Of a stretch of 53,431 nt of DNA, positions 34,268 through 45,277 are shown in pieces (positions within the stretch are counted from its first letter, which is position 1; each line of letters opens with the position of its first letter). The notes beneath the pieces were generated by a model. That model was not told where the DNA came from, did no database searches, and saw nothing but the letters and a program-made list of their open reading frames with translations. Made by a program: the position numbers and the translations under genes. Origin of the DNA: Prorocentrum cordatum (Eukaryota); NCBI GenBank assembly GCA_963575745.1, contig CAUYUJ010000317.1, positions 62,001 through 115,431 of the forward strand, in the 5' to 3' direction.

Positions 34268-35824
34268 TTGCAAACGTGCGTGGTGGCGCTTGAAAGCTCG
34301 CCTGGCGCGCTCCTGAAGGGCAGAGAGCGACGCTTCCACGCGTGCCTGCACGCGTGGGCACGCGTGGGCGCTCGCTGCCCGGGAAGCTTCGCGAGGCCTC
34401 TGGGGCACGTTCGCGGGGCCTCTGGAGCACGTTCTACGGGAACGCATTGGAACAGACGCTCCGGGACACGCTGCGGAACCCGAGACCCCACGGAAGGGCA
34501 CGTGGAGCGGTGGGCGGAAGGGTCCGGCGGCGTACGCGCACCGGCCCGCTTCTTCTCTAACAACCCTACGTAGCCTACGAGGCTATCCGGGAAAACCCGG
34601 AGAGCAAAGGGCACACACAACAGAAAGCTTTCCTGGCGAGCGTTCGCACGCTTTCGGAAAGCTCTTCGGGTGCTCTGGGGAGCTCCCCTGCAGCGTTGCT
34701 CAAGCGCTGCCAGAAACACTTCCATGCGTACCTGCACGCGTGCAGGCACGCGTGAAAGCTTGCCGGAAGCTCTCCCGGACACGTTGCCGGCTCACGCGAG
34801 CTGCTGCGGGGATCGTGGAGCGGCAGGGATGGGCTGCTGGCGGGAACCACCACCGTCCGGCTTCTAATCTCAAACCTTCTAGCTCTCAGCGAGCTCTCCG
34901 GGAAACTAGCTCCACCCTGTGCTGGAATTCCTCTAGCTCATCGATAACGAAGAGCTCTACGAGGTACAACTTGCTCAGGGAAGCTCTACGAGTTCCTCGT
35001 AAGCTTCCAGCAACAACTTGCTCAGGGAAGCTCTACGAGTTACTATCTCTCCAACGCCCCGGAATTACTCTTAAACTTCCAGCAATAACTTGCTAAGGTA
35101 AACTCTACGAGTTGCTAGCTCCACCCCGCGCCGGAATTCCTCTAGCTCATCGATGCCGAACAGCTCTACGAGGTACTCTTGAGCTTCCAGCAACAACTTG
35201 CTAAGGGAAGCTCTACGGATTAATTCTTCTATCTCTCATACCATGAGGGCTCTACGAGGTACTGGCTCCGCCCCGCACCGGAATTCCTCTAGCTCATCGA
35301 TAACGAAGAGCTCTATGGGGTATTACTCTTAAGCTTCCAGCAACAACTTGCTAAGGGAAACTCTACGAATTACTAGCTCTCCAGCGCCCCGGAATTGCTC
35401 TTAAGCTTCTAGCAAAAACTTGCACAGGGAAGCTCCACGAGTTACTTGGTAGCGTCCAAAACCCGGAGAGCAAAGGGCACAAACACCAGAATGCTTCCCT
35501 GGCGAGCCCTCAAATGTTTTCGTAAAGCCATTCTGGCGCTCTGGGGGGCTCCCCTACAGCGCTGCTGACGCGCTGCAAGAATCGCTTCCGTGCTCGCCTG
35601 CACGCGTGCAGGCACGCGTGGAAGCTTGCAAGAAGCTCTCCCGGACACGTTGCCGGGCCGGGCGAGGCGCTGCAGGGAACGTGGACCGCCGTGGAAGAGC
35701 CCCTGGCGGGCACAACCACCGTCCGGCGTCTACTCTTAAACCCTGTAGCTCTCAGCGAGCTCTCCGGGAAAACAATCGTGTGCGGGTTTGGCTGTCTCCT
35801 TCCACCTTTCCTCTCCCCTGGAGT

Positions 35825-36869
35825 AACTCGTAGAGCTTCCCTAAGCTAGTTGCTGGAAGCTTAAGAGTAATTCCGGCGCGCTGGAGAGCTAGTTGGCAAG
35901 AAAAATCTCGACGGAACTTTTGCTGACTTTGGGTCTGTTGAAAATTTTGTTCTCGAAATTTGAACATTCGTTAGAGCTCTAATATTTTTTCCGTGATATT
36001 CGATCTTATTCCCGCTCGCCATCTTGATCTCAGCTCGATCGGGTGAATATTACTATCGAAAAGCACTGTGGCGGGATCGGCCGTTTCGAGTCATCTTGAT
36101 ACGCGGTGACGGTTTTCTGAACATAACTCGAGCTTCAGGACAGCTACAGAGCTGGTAAGCACAGCTAATCGATGTAGAATGATTAGGCGCGTTCGCCTGT
36201 TGAATCCAGAGGTCTGAACTCGGTATGTTAGCCGAGCTAGGTCCGCAAACCTATTCGTATTATTCGAGGCATCTTGACATGAACTCTCGGTTTTCTGTAC
36301 TTAACTCGAGCTTTAGGACAGCTACAGAGCTGATATTAACAGAAACCGATTCAGAATCATCAGTTGCATTTGTCTGTCGAATCCAGAGCTCTGAACTCGG
36401 TCTGCTGCGCGATCTAGAATTGCGAAATTATTCGTATTGGTCGAGTGATCTTGAGAAGTGGTCTGGGTTTTCTTGACTCAACTCGCGCTGAGGGGTGCTA
36501 CAGTGCTTCTTGTCACAGGAATCGATTCGAAGACATCAGGCGCGTCCGTCTGTCGAATTCAGAGCTTGGAACTCGGTCTGCTGCCCAAATCACGTCTGCG
36601 AAACTAATCTATTGTTCGAGTCATCCTGAGAGGTGCTGTCGGTTTTCTGCACTTAACTCGGGCTGTAGGGGGGCTGCAGGTCTGGTAATGACAGGAGTCG
36701 ATTCGCAGACATCAGATGCGTCCGCCTGTCGCATTTAGAGGTCAAACAATATTCACTATGAGTCGGAATGTTGGTAGGTGCTGTCGGTTTTCTCAACTTA
36801 AGTCGAGCTAGGAAGCTCTACAAGTCTCCCGGCAGTAACCAAGGCTGACGGTTTACCGCCGGCGCCCAG
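35825..36869 (+). mobile_element. Apparently full-length family A element (~1.05 kb)
   Basis: Starts t|aactcgtagagcttccc and ends with the subterminal repeat, hairpin and cccag|t; same layout as 33240-34267. Confidence 0.75.
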
Positions 36870-37758
36870 TTAAGAGGTCCCAAGGAGGTTTCAAAAAACT
36901 CCCATGAATTCTCCTTTCCCCCTCACCTGGAATAACTCGTAGAGCTTCCCTGAGCAAGCTATTGCTGGAAGCTTAAGAGTACCTCGTAGACCTCTTCGGC
37001 TTCGATGAGCTAGAGGAATTCGGGCGCGGGGTGGAGCTAGTTGGCCGACCCGGCCGCGACGGACAATGTGCGAACTTTGGCTCGGTTGGACGATCTTTGT
37101 TCCCGGAGAGCACGCTGAGAGCTAAAGGGTTTAAGATTAGAAGCCGGACGGTGGTGGTGGCCGCCAGGAGCTCCTCCACGGCGGTCCACAGGCCTCACAG
37201 GGGTTCGTTTGAGCCGGCAGCTGGTCCGGGAGAGCTTCCGGCAAGCTTCCACGCGTGCCTGCAAGCGTGCAGGCACGCAGGGAAGCGTTTCTGGTAGCGC
37301 TTCAGCAGCGCTGCAGGGGAGCTTCCCAGTTCCTTAGGCCCCCTTCGCTCTCCGGGTTTTTCCCGGAAAGCTCGCTGAGAGCTAAAGGGTTTACGATTAG
37401 AAGCCGGACGTAGTGGTGCCCGCCAGGAGCTCCTTTCCGTCGCCCCACGATCCTCGCAGCGGCTCGCCTGACCCGGCAACTGGTCCGGGAGAGCTTCCGG
37501 CAAGCTTCCACGCGTGCCTGCGCGCGTGCACGCACGCATGGAAGCGTTTGTGCCAGCGCTTCGGCAGCGCTGCATGGGGAGCTTCCCAGAGCTTTCCAGG
37601 AAAGATTTCCCGTCCCCAAAGGGTCACCTCGCTCTCCGGGTTTGGGATGCTACCAAGTAACTTGTAGAGCTTCCCTTAGCAAGTTATTGCTGGAAGCTTA
37701 AGAGTAATAACTCGTAGAGCTTCCCTTAGCAAGTTGTTGCTGGAAGCTTAAGAGTAAT

Positions 37759-38155
37759 ACCTCGTAGAGCTCTTCGGCATCGAGGAGCTAGGGGAATTCC
37801 GGCGCGGGGTGGAGCTAGTTGGTCGACCCGGCCAGAAAGGACAAAGTGGTAACTTTTGGGTGGTTTTGTAATTTTTCGAAAGATATTTGACAATTCATTT
37901 TGAGAAAGCAGATTCTTCGCACCCGTAAACGACTATGAGGGCCTCTCTATCTTAGTATGAGCTCTGTAGGCGCACTTTTACTATCAAAACACTTGGGGGA
38001 ACCATCTTCATGTCGACACGAAAAAAACAATTTTTCTTTTTTTCGAGAAATGCTTCCAGAAGCTCTCTCTTTCGACTCCGAGCACTCCTACGCGTGAAAA
38101 GAGCTCTAAAAGGTTCCCGGCGGTGACCAGGTTGACGGTTCACCGCCGGCGCCAG
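37759..38155 (+). mobile_element. Full-length family B element (opposite orientation)
   Basis: t|acctcgtagagctc ... ccggcggtgac..ttcaccgccggcgccag|t. Confidence 0.7.
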
Positions 38156-38740
38156 TTCCCGGAGAGCTCTCTGAGCGCTAGAGGGTTTTAGAGTAGAAGC
38201 TGGGCGGTGGTGGTGCCCGCAAGCAGCCCATCTCCGCCGCTCCACGATCCTCGCAGCGGCTCGCCTGGCCCGGCAGCTGGTCCGGGAGAGCTTCTGGCAA
38301 GCGTCCACGCGTGCCTGCACGCGTGCAGGCACGCGTGGAACCGTTCCTGGCAGCGCTTCAGAGACTCTGCAGGGGGGCCCCCAGCGCCCCAGAAGAGCCT
38401 CACGGGAGCTTCCGCGGGCCTGCCAGGAAGGCTTTCCGGTGTGTGCCCTCTTTGCTCTCCGGGTTTTGAACGCTGCCAAGTTCCGGGGCGCTGGCATGTG
38501 TCCTCTTTTCCCGGATAGCCTCGTGGGCTACGTAGGGTTGTTAGAGAAGAAGCCGGCCGGTGCGCGTACGCCGCCGCACCCTTCCGCCCACCGCTCCACG
38601 TGCCCTTCCGTGGGGTCTCGGGTGCTGCAGCGTGTCCCGGAGCGTCTGTTCCAATACGTTTCCGTAGAACGTGCTCCAGAGGCCTCGCGAACGTGCCCTA
38701 CCTGAAGGCCCTCGGCCTTACTAATTGTTAGCAGCACATG

Positions 38741-38876
38741 TAAGTAGGTTATAAGTAAGTTGCAACTAGGTTGCAAGTAAGTTATAACCATTAGTAATGT
38801 TACTAAGTCGGCTAACTCGGGCGGTGCATTTGGAGGTAGATAGCTTGAGTTAGCGAAGTTGCTAACTTCGCTAACT
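38741..38876. repeat. Subterminal repeats: four quasi-palindromic 11-mers and a perfect 13-bp inverted repeat
   Basis: TAAGTAGGTTA/TAAGTAAGTTG/CAACTAGGTTG/CAAGTAAGTTA (38741-38784); AGTTAGCGAAGTT-gct-AACTTCGCTAACT (38848-38876). Confidence 0.85.
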
Positions 38877-39185
38877 TTTACATGCTTACGTGAAAACAGA
38901 GCTGCTGCATCGGGTTTTCCTTGGATGTTGCCTCCAGAAACGCATGCATGTGTTTGGATTTTCGGGATCACGCATATCGGAAATCATGATCCAGACTTGC
39001 GTGCGAACGCATTCAGAATATTGTATCGAGCGTTACAAGAATGTTGTGCATTGCAAATGCAACATATCATTTCGAATTCGCAACCCTCTGTTGCACATGT
39101 TTTTGAATGTCACTAGAGTTTGGGCTCCAGCCGTTTGGGCGAGGATTGCTGCTGGCGCTTGTGGCGTCCTCCTGCACGCGGCGTG

Positions 39186-41600
39186 ATGAACGCCTCCCGT
39201 GAACAGCAGATCGCGGAGGTCCGCCCCAAGATGATGGCCATCAAGGACATGTACTTGCATCCTGATGCAGCGGTGGTCTCATTACTTGAAGACGTATGCA
39301 GCATTGCAAGAGGCATAGACTGCCTGAGGGTAGAAAAAATACACTCGAAGTATATGATGGTGTGCACAGAGAATCGTTACGGAGATGGAATCATTCCGAG
39401 CGAGGTTATGGATTTGATTTCCAAGATCTTCAAAAATGGATTCAAGAACTCAGCCCTCCAGAATCCAGCTTGCATGGAACTTCCACCAGTGGGCACGCCT
39501 GAGTACAATGCAATCAAGAACTTCAATTTCAAAATAATGGAGGACTCAGCGGGCCAGCTGCCGCAGTATGATTGCGATGCAAAGTTCGCATCCTATACGT
39601 GCGGCCACACATCCATGGGTTTGCGTTGCATCAACGCAGGGGTTCCAGTACCCACGGTCATGCCAGAGCGTTTCGACAGAATCTCGCACCAAGGGAAATT
39701 GTCACTGACGAGGTTACGGGAGGTTCAACCAGACTACGCTAAGGCGTGTGACGAAGGAATTGAGTGGAAGGTCTTTCGGTACGAGTTCGTGAAGGAGTTC
39801 CCGTGGATTAGTAATCTTGCTCAGGAGGCTGGCAATGCAGGCCAACAAATTGCCAGATGCGAATCTCGCATGAGTCTCATGTACAAGATCGCAGCAATTG
39901 CCAACCGACACCACACGGGTGGCACCATGATCGATTGGGATAGTGTGATCCGCGAGGCGACTCGCGCAGGCTCTCTCTTTCCTGGGGAGATCGATGGCTT
40001 AGTAAAATATGTGAAGGAGTTGTCTGGCGGCCTCGGCAACCCGATCTTTCTGAACGAGCTTCGCGACTTCTCGCGGCAGCTGACCTCCCAGTGCGTGGTC
40101 ACGGGTTCAATGGCGAAGTCTCTCGCCGAGGTGCAGATCAAGCATGAGGGGGCCGCTGCGACATTCAAGCTCGCATGCATGAAGGCGATGACATGTGCGA
40201 CGGGTAAGTTCGCGAGGGATGGCCATCAGATGCTTTTGAAGCCAGGCGACGTGACCGCCTTGTCGAGCGATAAGAAGTCTACGATTGTAATGGTGGCCGA
40301 TGAATTTCTTCAGAAAGTGCGACAGATCGCATGCGGTGAGGGCATCACGGCAGACACGGTCGCCTACGGCACCATCGTGGGATTGACTGACGCTCGCGTA
40401 GTTCATTTCGTGTTCAACAAGCCCGATGAGCGCTTAGGCACTTGCAAGACGCTGAATGACATCGGGGTCAGCTTCACCACTGCGTTGGCAACGCACGTTG
40501 GCAAAGCAGTTGCTAGCCCATGGAAGCAGATCGGTCGCGAGGGCGCATCCAAAGCCGTGACAGGGCAGGCGCGTAGCTCAGATGTGAAAGAGTACACCGC
40601 TTCGGGCAAGTGGTCGAACCAAGTGGACAAGCTCAGTGACAAGGGGTTTGAGGTTGGCGCCAAAGTCGCCTTGGCGAGCGACACCTTGGGTGAGAACATT
40701 TACGAGCTGATCTCCATCGACGCTGCGACTGGCGTGAAGTTGAAGCTTCAGGCCACGGGCAGTGCGACATGCCACCCCATCGACGACTTCTTACGTGGCA
40801 AGTTCGTCGTGTCCACGATTATGAAGGACAGTCTTGCGACCTCGTCGCAATGCATGTGGAATGCATATACACCCCCACACCTTTGAATTCTCGTTCGTCG
40901 TTCCCTCATCTCATTTGGCTCTGCGTCGTCATGTATCATCTTTTTTTCCCGCTGCTCCCCCATAGAGGAAACGATCGACAAGTTCGCTGGTCATGGCCCC
41001 CTCAAGTCTGTCGATTACCAGTGGGGTATCGAGGAGGCCAAAATCAGGCTGGCCTTGGATGATGTATACAGCCAGAACGGCAACTGTCTCAAGTACTTGA
41101 GTGGCGTGATTACGCCTGTTAAGCTTCGTGCTCTCACCGTAACGCGTTCGTTTGAGGCTGAAGAGCTGGTGCTTGTCCCACTCTCTTCGGCAATCTACTT
41201 GAAGAAGCAGACTGATATAGTTCAGTGTGGGCATGTGTTCATGAAGACATACAAGGACCCCAAGGGATTGACGTTCAATATCGTGTTGGCCCCCAGTGGT
41301 GGCATCAAGATGCCTAAGGCTGAGACGAACACTGGCGTTGGAGGGCTGAAGCAGGCACCGTCTTCGCTCGTCATCCCCTTCTGGCTCGTACAGGATTCAG
41401 GTGAGCACGGCACCCCCAACATGAAGCTCAAGACCGTCAAGTCTACAGCTGTCCCATCAGTGTATGTACCAATTTTGACAAACAAGTGCGCCATCAACAA
41501 GGGCGATGTCCTTAGCGCCCAGCTGGCATCGCTCATGCCCAAGCGCAAGGTAGACGATGTGCCTGCTGCGCCCGCGGCTAAGAAGGCCAGGAAGCGATGA
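39186..41600 (+). CDS. Gene A: ~757-aa nuclear protein with ParB-like N-terminus, degenerate SET-like C-terminus and terminal NLS; exons 39186-40826 and 40968-41600
   Basis: Long complex ORF and a downstream ORF in the same frame, separated by one TGA inside a predicted 141-bp GA-AG intron with a pyrimidine tract. Motifs ENRYGDG, SYTCGHT, LRALTVTRSFEAEELVL, PNM...AINKGDVL, PKRK...KKARKR. Domain calls are by eye. Confidence 0.75.
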
Positions 41601-41818
41601 GGCTCGCGTGTTGGCAGCATCGGTTACACATACCATGTGTCGTGGGGGGTGTTTATGAAATGTATGAAAGCATCGTCGGTATCGTTCCTCTGCAATCGTT
41701 GCATCATTGCGTCAACACGCATCGGACTCGTCTGCAATTGTCCATTGCATCGGCCCGCAGGCGTTTGGCTGTGTCCAAGCGAGTGCACGCTGCATCTGCG
41801 CACGCACTGCAGCTGCAG

Positions 41819-43315
41819 ATGGCAGTGAGCGTGCAGCTCCGCACGGTCATCGAGGGGGGCGGCCTTAAGGATCGCGAGCCATGGGTCCCGAGGGCGGTGA
41901 TGCATACGGCAGGGGGGCTCTTCGTGGAGCTGTCGAGAGCGGATAGGCAGCTGCAAAAATTTATATCTGTGCCCAACCCCACCAAGAGCCAATCGCCTCT
42001 GGCGACAAATTCGTTTTTCGATCAGATCTTGAAGATGCGCAACGCCGCTTGCACCGAGGCCATTTGGGACCACTTGAAGCAGGCCGACCCATTGCTTCAG
42101 CAAGATTGCGACAGGGCCAGCGTCATTAAGAACAATAGGAGTTCTCTGGATATGTCGCAATCGTGGGCGCTTCGCGCATTCCCACCAGGGGAGGAGGAAT
42201 GAGAGGAGGAGGATGATACATTGGATGATGAGGTGGAGTGGCGGGGGAGGGGGGCGAGGAGGAGGGGCTGAAACAGAGGGGGATGGTGGAGGAGAAATGG
42301 GAGGAGGGAAAGGGGGAGGAGGACGGAGCATAAGGATGACAAAAAAATAATGAGGAGGAGGAATAGGAGATGCCTTAATTCGCTTGCGTGAATAGGCCGC
42401 TCTTGGACCACTCTTGGATCGATCTCTTGACCTTGAGACTTCTTGGGCAATCTTGGATCGCGTGATATCTTGGACAAGCTTGGGCAATCTTGGGTCGCGT
42501 GATATCCATGCCTGCATGTTGAGGCATCGCGTGATATTGGGACATATCCGTGGACATCTTGAAGTATATATGAGCCCTTCTTGGAACCACCGTCCAGGCA
42601 AACCACTCCCCCAAGGGGGTGAAGGGCGTAGAAGAGAACGCATTCTAGACATGTGCCCTAACGGGATGGTGGTCTACCAGAAACTGTCTCGATATATATG
42701 CCCGCAGTCCAGTGCGACCATGGTGATGAGCATTTGCATCACGATGCAGTTACCTTGAAGCTTCTGTTTGAGCTGAATGCTACTAAGAAGGTGTGGGTCG
42801 AATGTACGCCAACGGGACTTGAGTACATACGGGTTGCATCTATCGCAGCAGCGGTTTCATGCAGTCAGGAGGCAACACATCGCTTGCGGTCAGCACCAGC
42901 AGGGGTGGAAGGTGTGAAATGCGACAAACGTCGCAGGACGGTGTTCATGGTGGTCGACGGCAAGCGTCTGCAGGAGCGAGTGGACGATTGGACTCCCACG
43001 TACATCAACAACGCAGCCCAATCCCTTCGTGATCGCTTAGATAACGAGGCACGTGATGAGGCTGAAGCTGATGGGTCCGAGGAGTACAATGACCCGCCAG
43101 TCGCAGCAGGCGATGGCTCGCCACCAGGCGATGGCCCGCCACCAGGCGATGGCTCGCCACCAGGCGATGGCTCGCCACCAGGCGATGGTTCGCCAGGCGA
43201 TGGTTCGCCGCCAGGTGATGGTTCGCCAGGCGATGGTTCGCCACCAGGTGATGGGCCGCCCTCTGTTTTCACTCGCCGACGGGAGATGCGCCAGACGACG
43301 CTTAGCTTCCAGTAG
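41819..43315 (+). CDS. Gene B: hypothetical protein in two coding segments (41819-~42165 and ~42671-43315) with an AP2-like segment and PPGDGS repeats
   Basis: Both segments read as natural protein and are separated by a purine-rich/repetitive stretch; exact splice sites are unresolved. Segment GVEGVKCDKRRRTVFMVVDGKR; 15-18-bp minisatellite at 43108-43262. Confidence 0.55.
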
Positions 43316-43389
43316 CTCCACTCCCTCTTCGCCTTCCCACCTCCACTTCCCTCTCCCTCCAATCTCTATTCTATGTTTGCCTCGCGTGC

Positions 43390-44633
43390 TCAGTCCGAAT
43401 CTGGCCCCGCTGGCGGCGGGGACTCAGTAACAGAACTCAGTTCAAGATGCGGAGGGCCATCGTCGCGCATGCCGCTGTTCGGCACATCGGCGTCCCTGCC
43501 CATGCTCATGCCCTTGCCCTCGTCGGGGCCCTTGCCGTCATCGTAGCCCCCGCCGCTGTCGAGGGCCGTCGCCTTGCCCTTACCACCGTCGTTAATGCTC
43601 TTGCCACCGTTGTAGCCCTCGCCATCGTCGTAGCCCTGGCCACCGTCGTAGACCTTGTCACCGTCGGTGCTGCCCTTGCTACCATCGTAGCCCTTGCCAC
43701 CGTCGTAGTAGCCCATGGCCTCGTCGTCGATGCCCGTGCCACCGTCGTAGCTTGTACAGCCGCGACCGATGCCATCAGCACCCTTGCCATCGTCGTAGCC
43801 CTTTTCGTAGCCCTTGTCGTAGCCCTTGTCGTAGCCATTGACGTAGCCCCGTGTCGTAGCCCTTGCTCGAGCTGCCGTACGGGTCGTAGCCTTTGTCGCT
43901 GCCCTTGCCGCCGTCGTAGCCTTTGTCGAAGCCCTTGCTGCCGTCGTAGCCTTTGCCGCCGTCGCTGCCCTTGCCGCCGTCGTAGCCTTTGCCGCTGTCC
44001 GACATCATGTCCTGCAGCCCGTCACGCTGCTCCTTCGCCAGCCTGATGTGGCCCTTGCCGCTGTCGCCGTCTTTGTCGCGGCCCTTGCCGCTGCCGTCAT
44101 TCTCGCGGCCCTTGCCACTGTCGTAGCCCTTGCCCTTGCCACCGTCGTAGCCCTTGCCCTTGCCATCGTCGTAACCCTTGCCACCGTCGTCGTAGCCCTT
44201 GCCATCACTGTCGTAGCCCGTGTCGTAGCCCTTGTCGTAGCCTTTGTCGTAGCCCTTGTCGTAGCCTTTGTCGTAGCCCTTGTCGTAGCCGTTGTCGTAG
44301 CCACTGTTGTCGTAGCCACTGTTGTCGTAGCCAAGCAGGATGTCTGTGATGTCGAGGAGCCTGTCTGTGATCCGCCGCTCCCGCTGGAGCTCCTGTATGG
44401 AGGGCGAAAATCCGCCGACCTCCCTCCTCCTCCTTCTCCTCCTTCTCCTCCTCCTCCCCCTCCTCCTTATCCTTCTCCTCCTCCTATTCCTTCTCCTCCT
44501 CCTCTTCCTCCTCATCATCCTCGTATTTCTCCTCGTCCTCCTTATCCCCCTTCATCCTTCTCCTGTGGCTCTCACCCCAGCAGTCCTCGTGTAGGCGCGC
44601 CTCGCGGCTCAGCGCCTCGGCGCTGCACGCCAT
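43390..44633 (-). CDS. Gene C: Gly/Tyr/Asp/Lys (GYDKG) low-complexity protein; possible GA-AG intron 44585-44420; one frameshift at 43847-43850
   Basis: The GYD frame runs 44419-43851 and resumes to the stop at 43390 after removing one base from a C4 run. Shares HIRLAK..EQ.DGLQD.MSD.GK with gene D. The first exon is tentative. Confidence 0.55.
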
Positions 44634-45277
44634 GGCCGCGCGCGCCACCGCGCGCGGCCACGCCCCCCTGGGAGGAGAAAGGGGCCCTCCAGGGGGCCTC
44701 GGTCCAGAAACAGCAGCGCGCGCAAATGGGGGGAGGGGGGGGTGCGATTCAGGTGAGGGGGCGATTCGGGTGAGGGGGCGTGGCTGCGTCGCGAATCGTT
44801 TCGCGCTGTGCACTCATGGGTGCATGCAGCGATGCATGCGTTGTTTCAGAGTTTACTTGGGGATGTGAACTTGAAAATGAGATGCGTTAGCATCGCCGTC
44901 TGCGTTCGCTCGAGACAGCCTCACAATTAACTCAGCATCACACGACCTCACAATGAACTCAGTACCGCGAACCATGATGTTGGTTATGGTATGCCATGCA
45001 ATGCTACGCTATGATGTGAATATCCCTTCCCGACCTCATCGTCCTCCGTTGCCACCGCCGTTTAGGCCCGAGCGTTGCTCGGGTCGCGACAGTGCGCGAC
45101 CAGCTGCAGCGCCCCACGCGCAGCAGCTACCAGCGCTCCGCGCGCAGCAGCACCAGCTGCATCAGCACCACCAGTGCATCCAGCAGCTCCACGCGCAGCA
45201 GCACCAGCTGCAGCATCGCCACCAGTGCAACCAGCAGCACCACCCGCAGCAGCATCACCAGTGCAACCAGCAGCACC

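Larger units (their letters stand above)
18217..38695. mobile_element. Nested/tandem cluster of non-autonomous Helentron/DINE-like elements (families A and B) plus associated GC-rich modules
   Basis: About 19 copies of a hairpin end (ccggcggt-N20-accgccgg) abut variable flanks at A|CTGG (AG|T on the other strand). Shared subterminal motif CTCGTAGAGCT. No Rep/helicase ORF seen. Confidence 0.7.

Noticed and set aside
44690..44730. SL-like motifs upstream of gene C (and of gene G near 49281)
   Set aside because: The matches are too weak or gapped to distinguish from chance.
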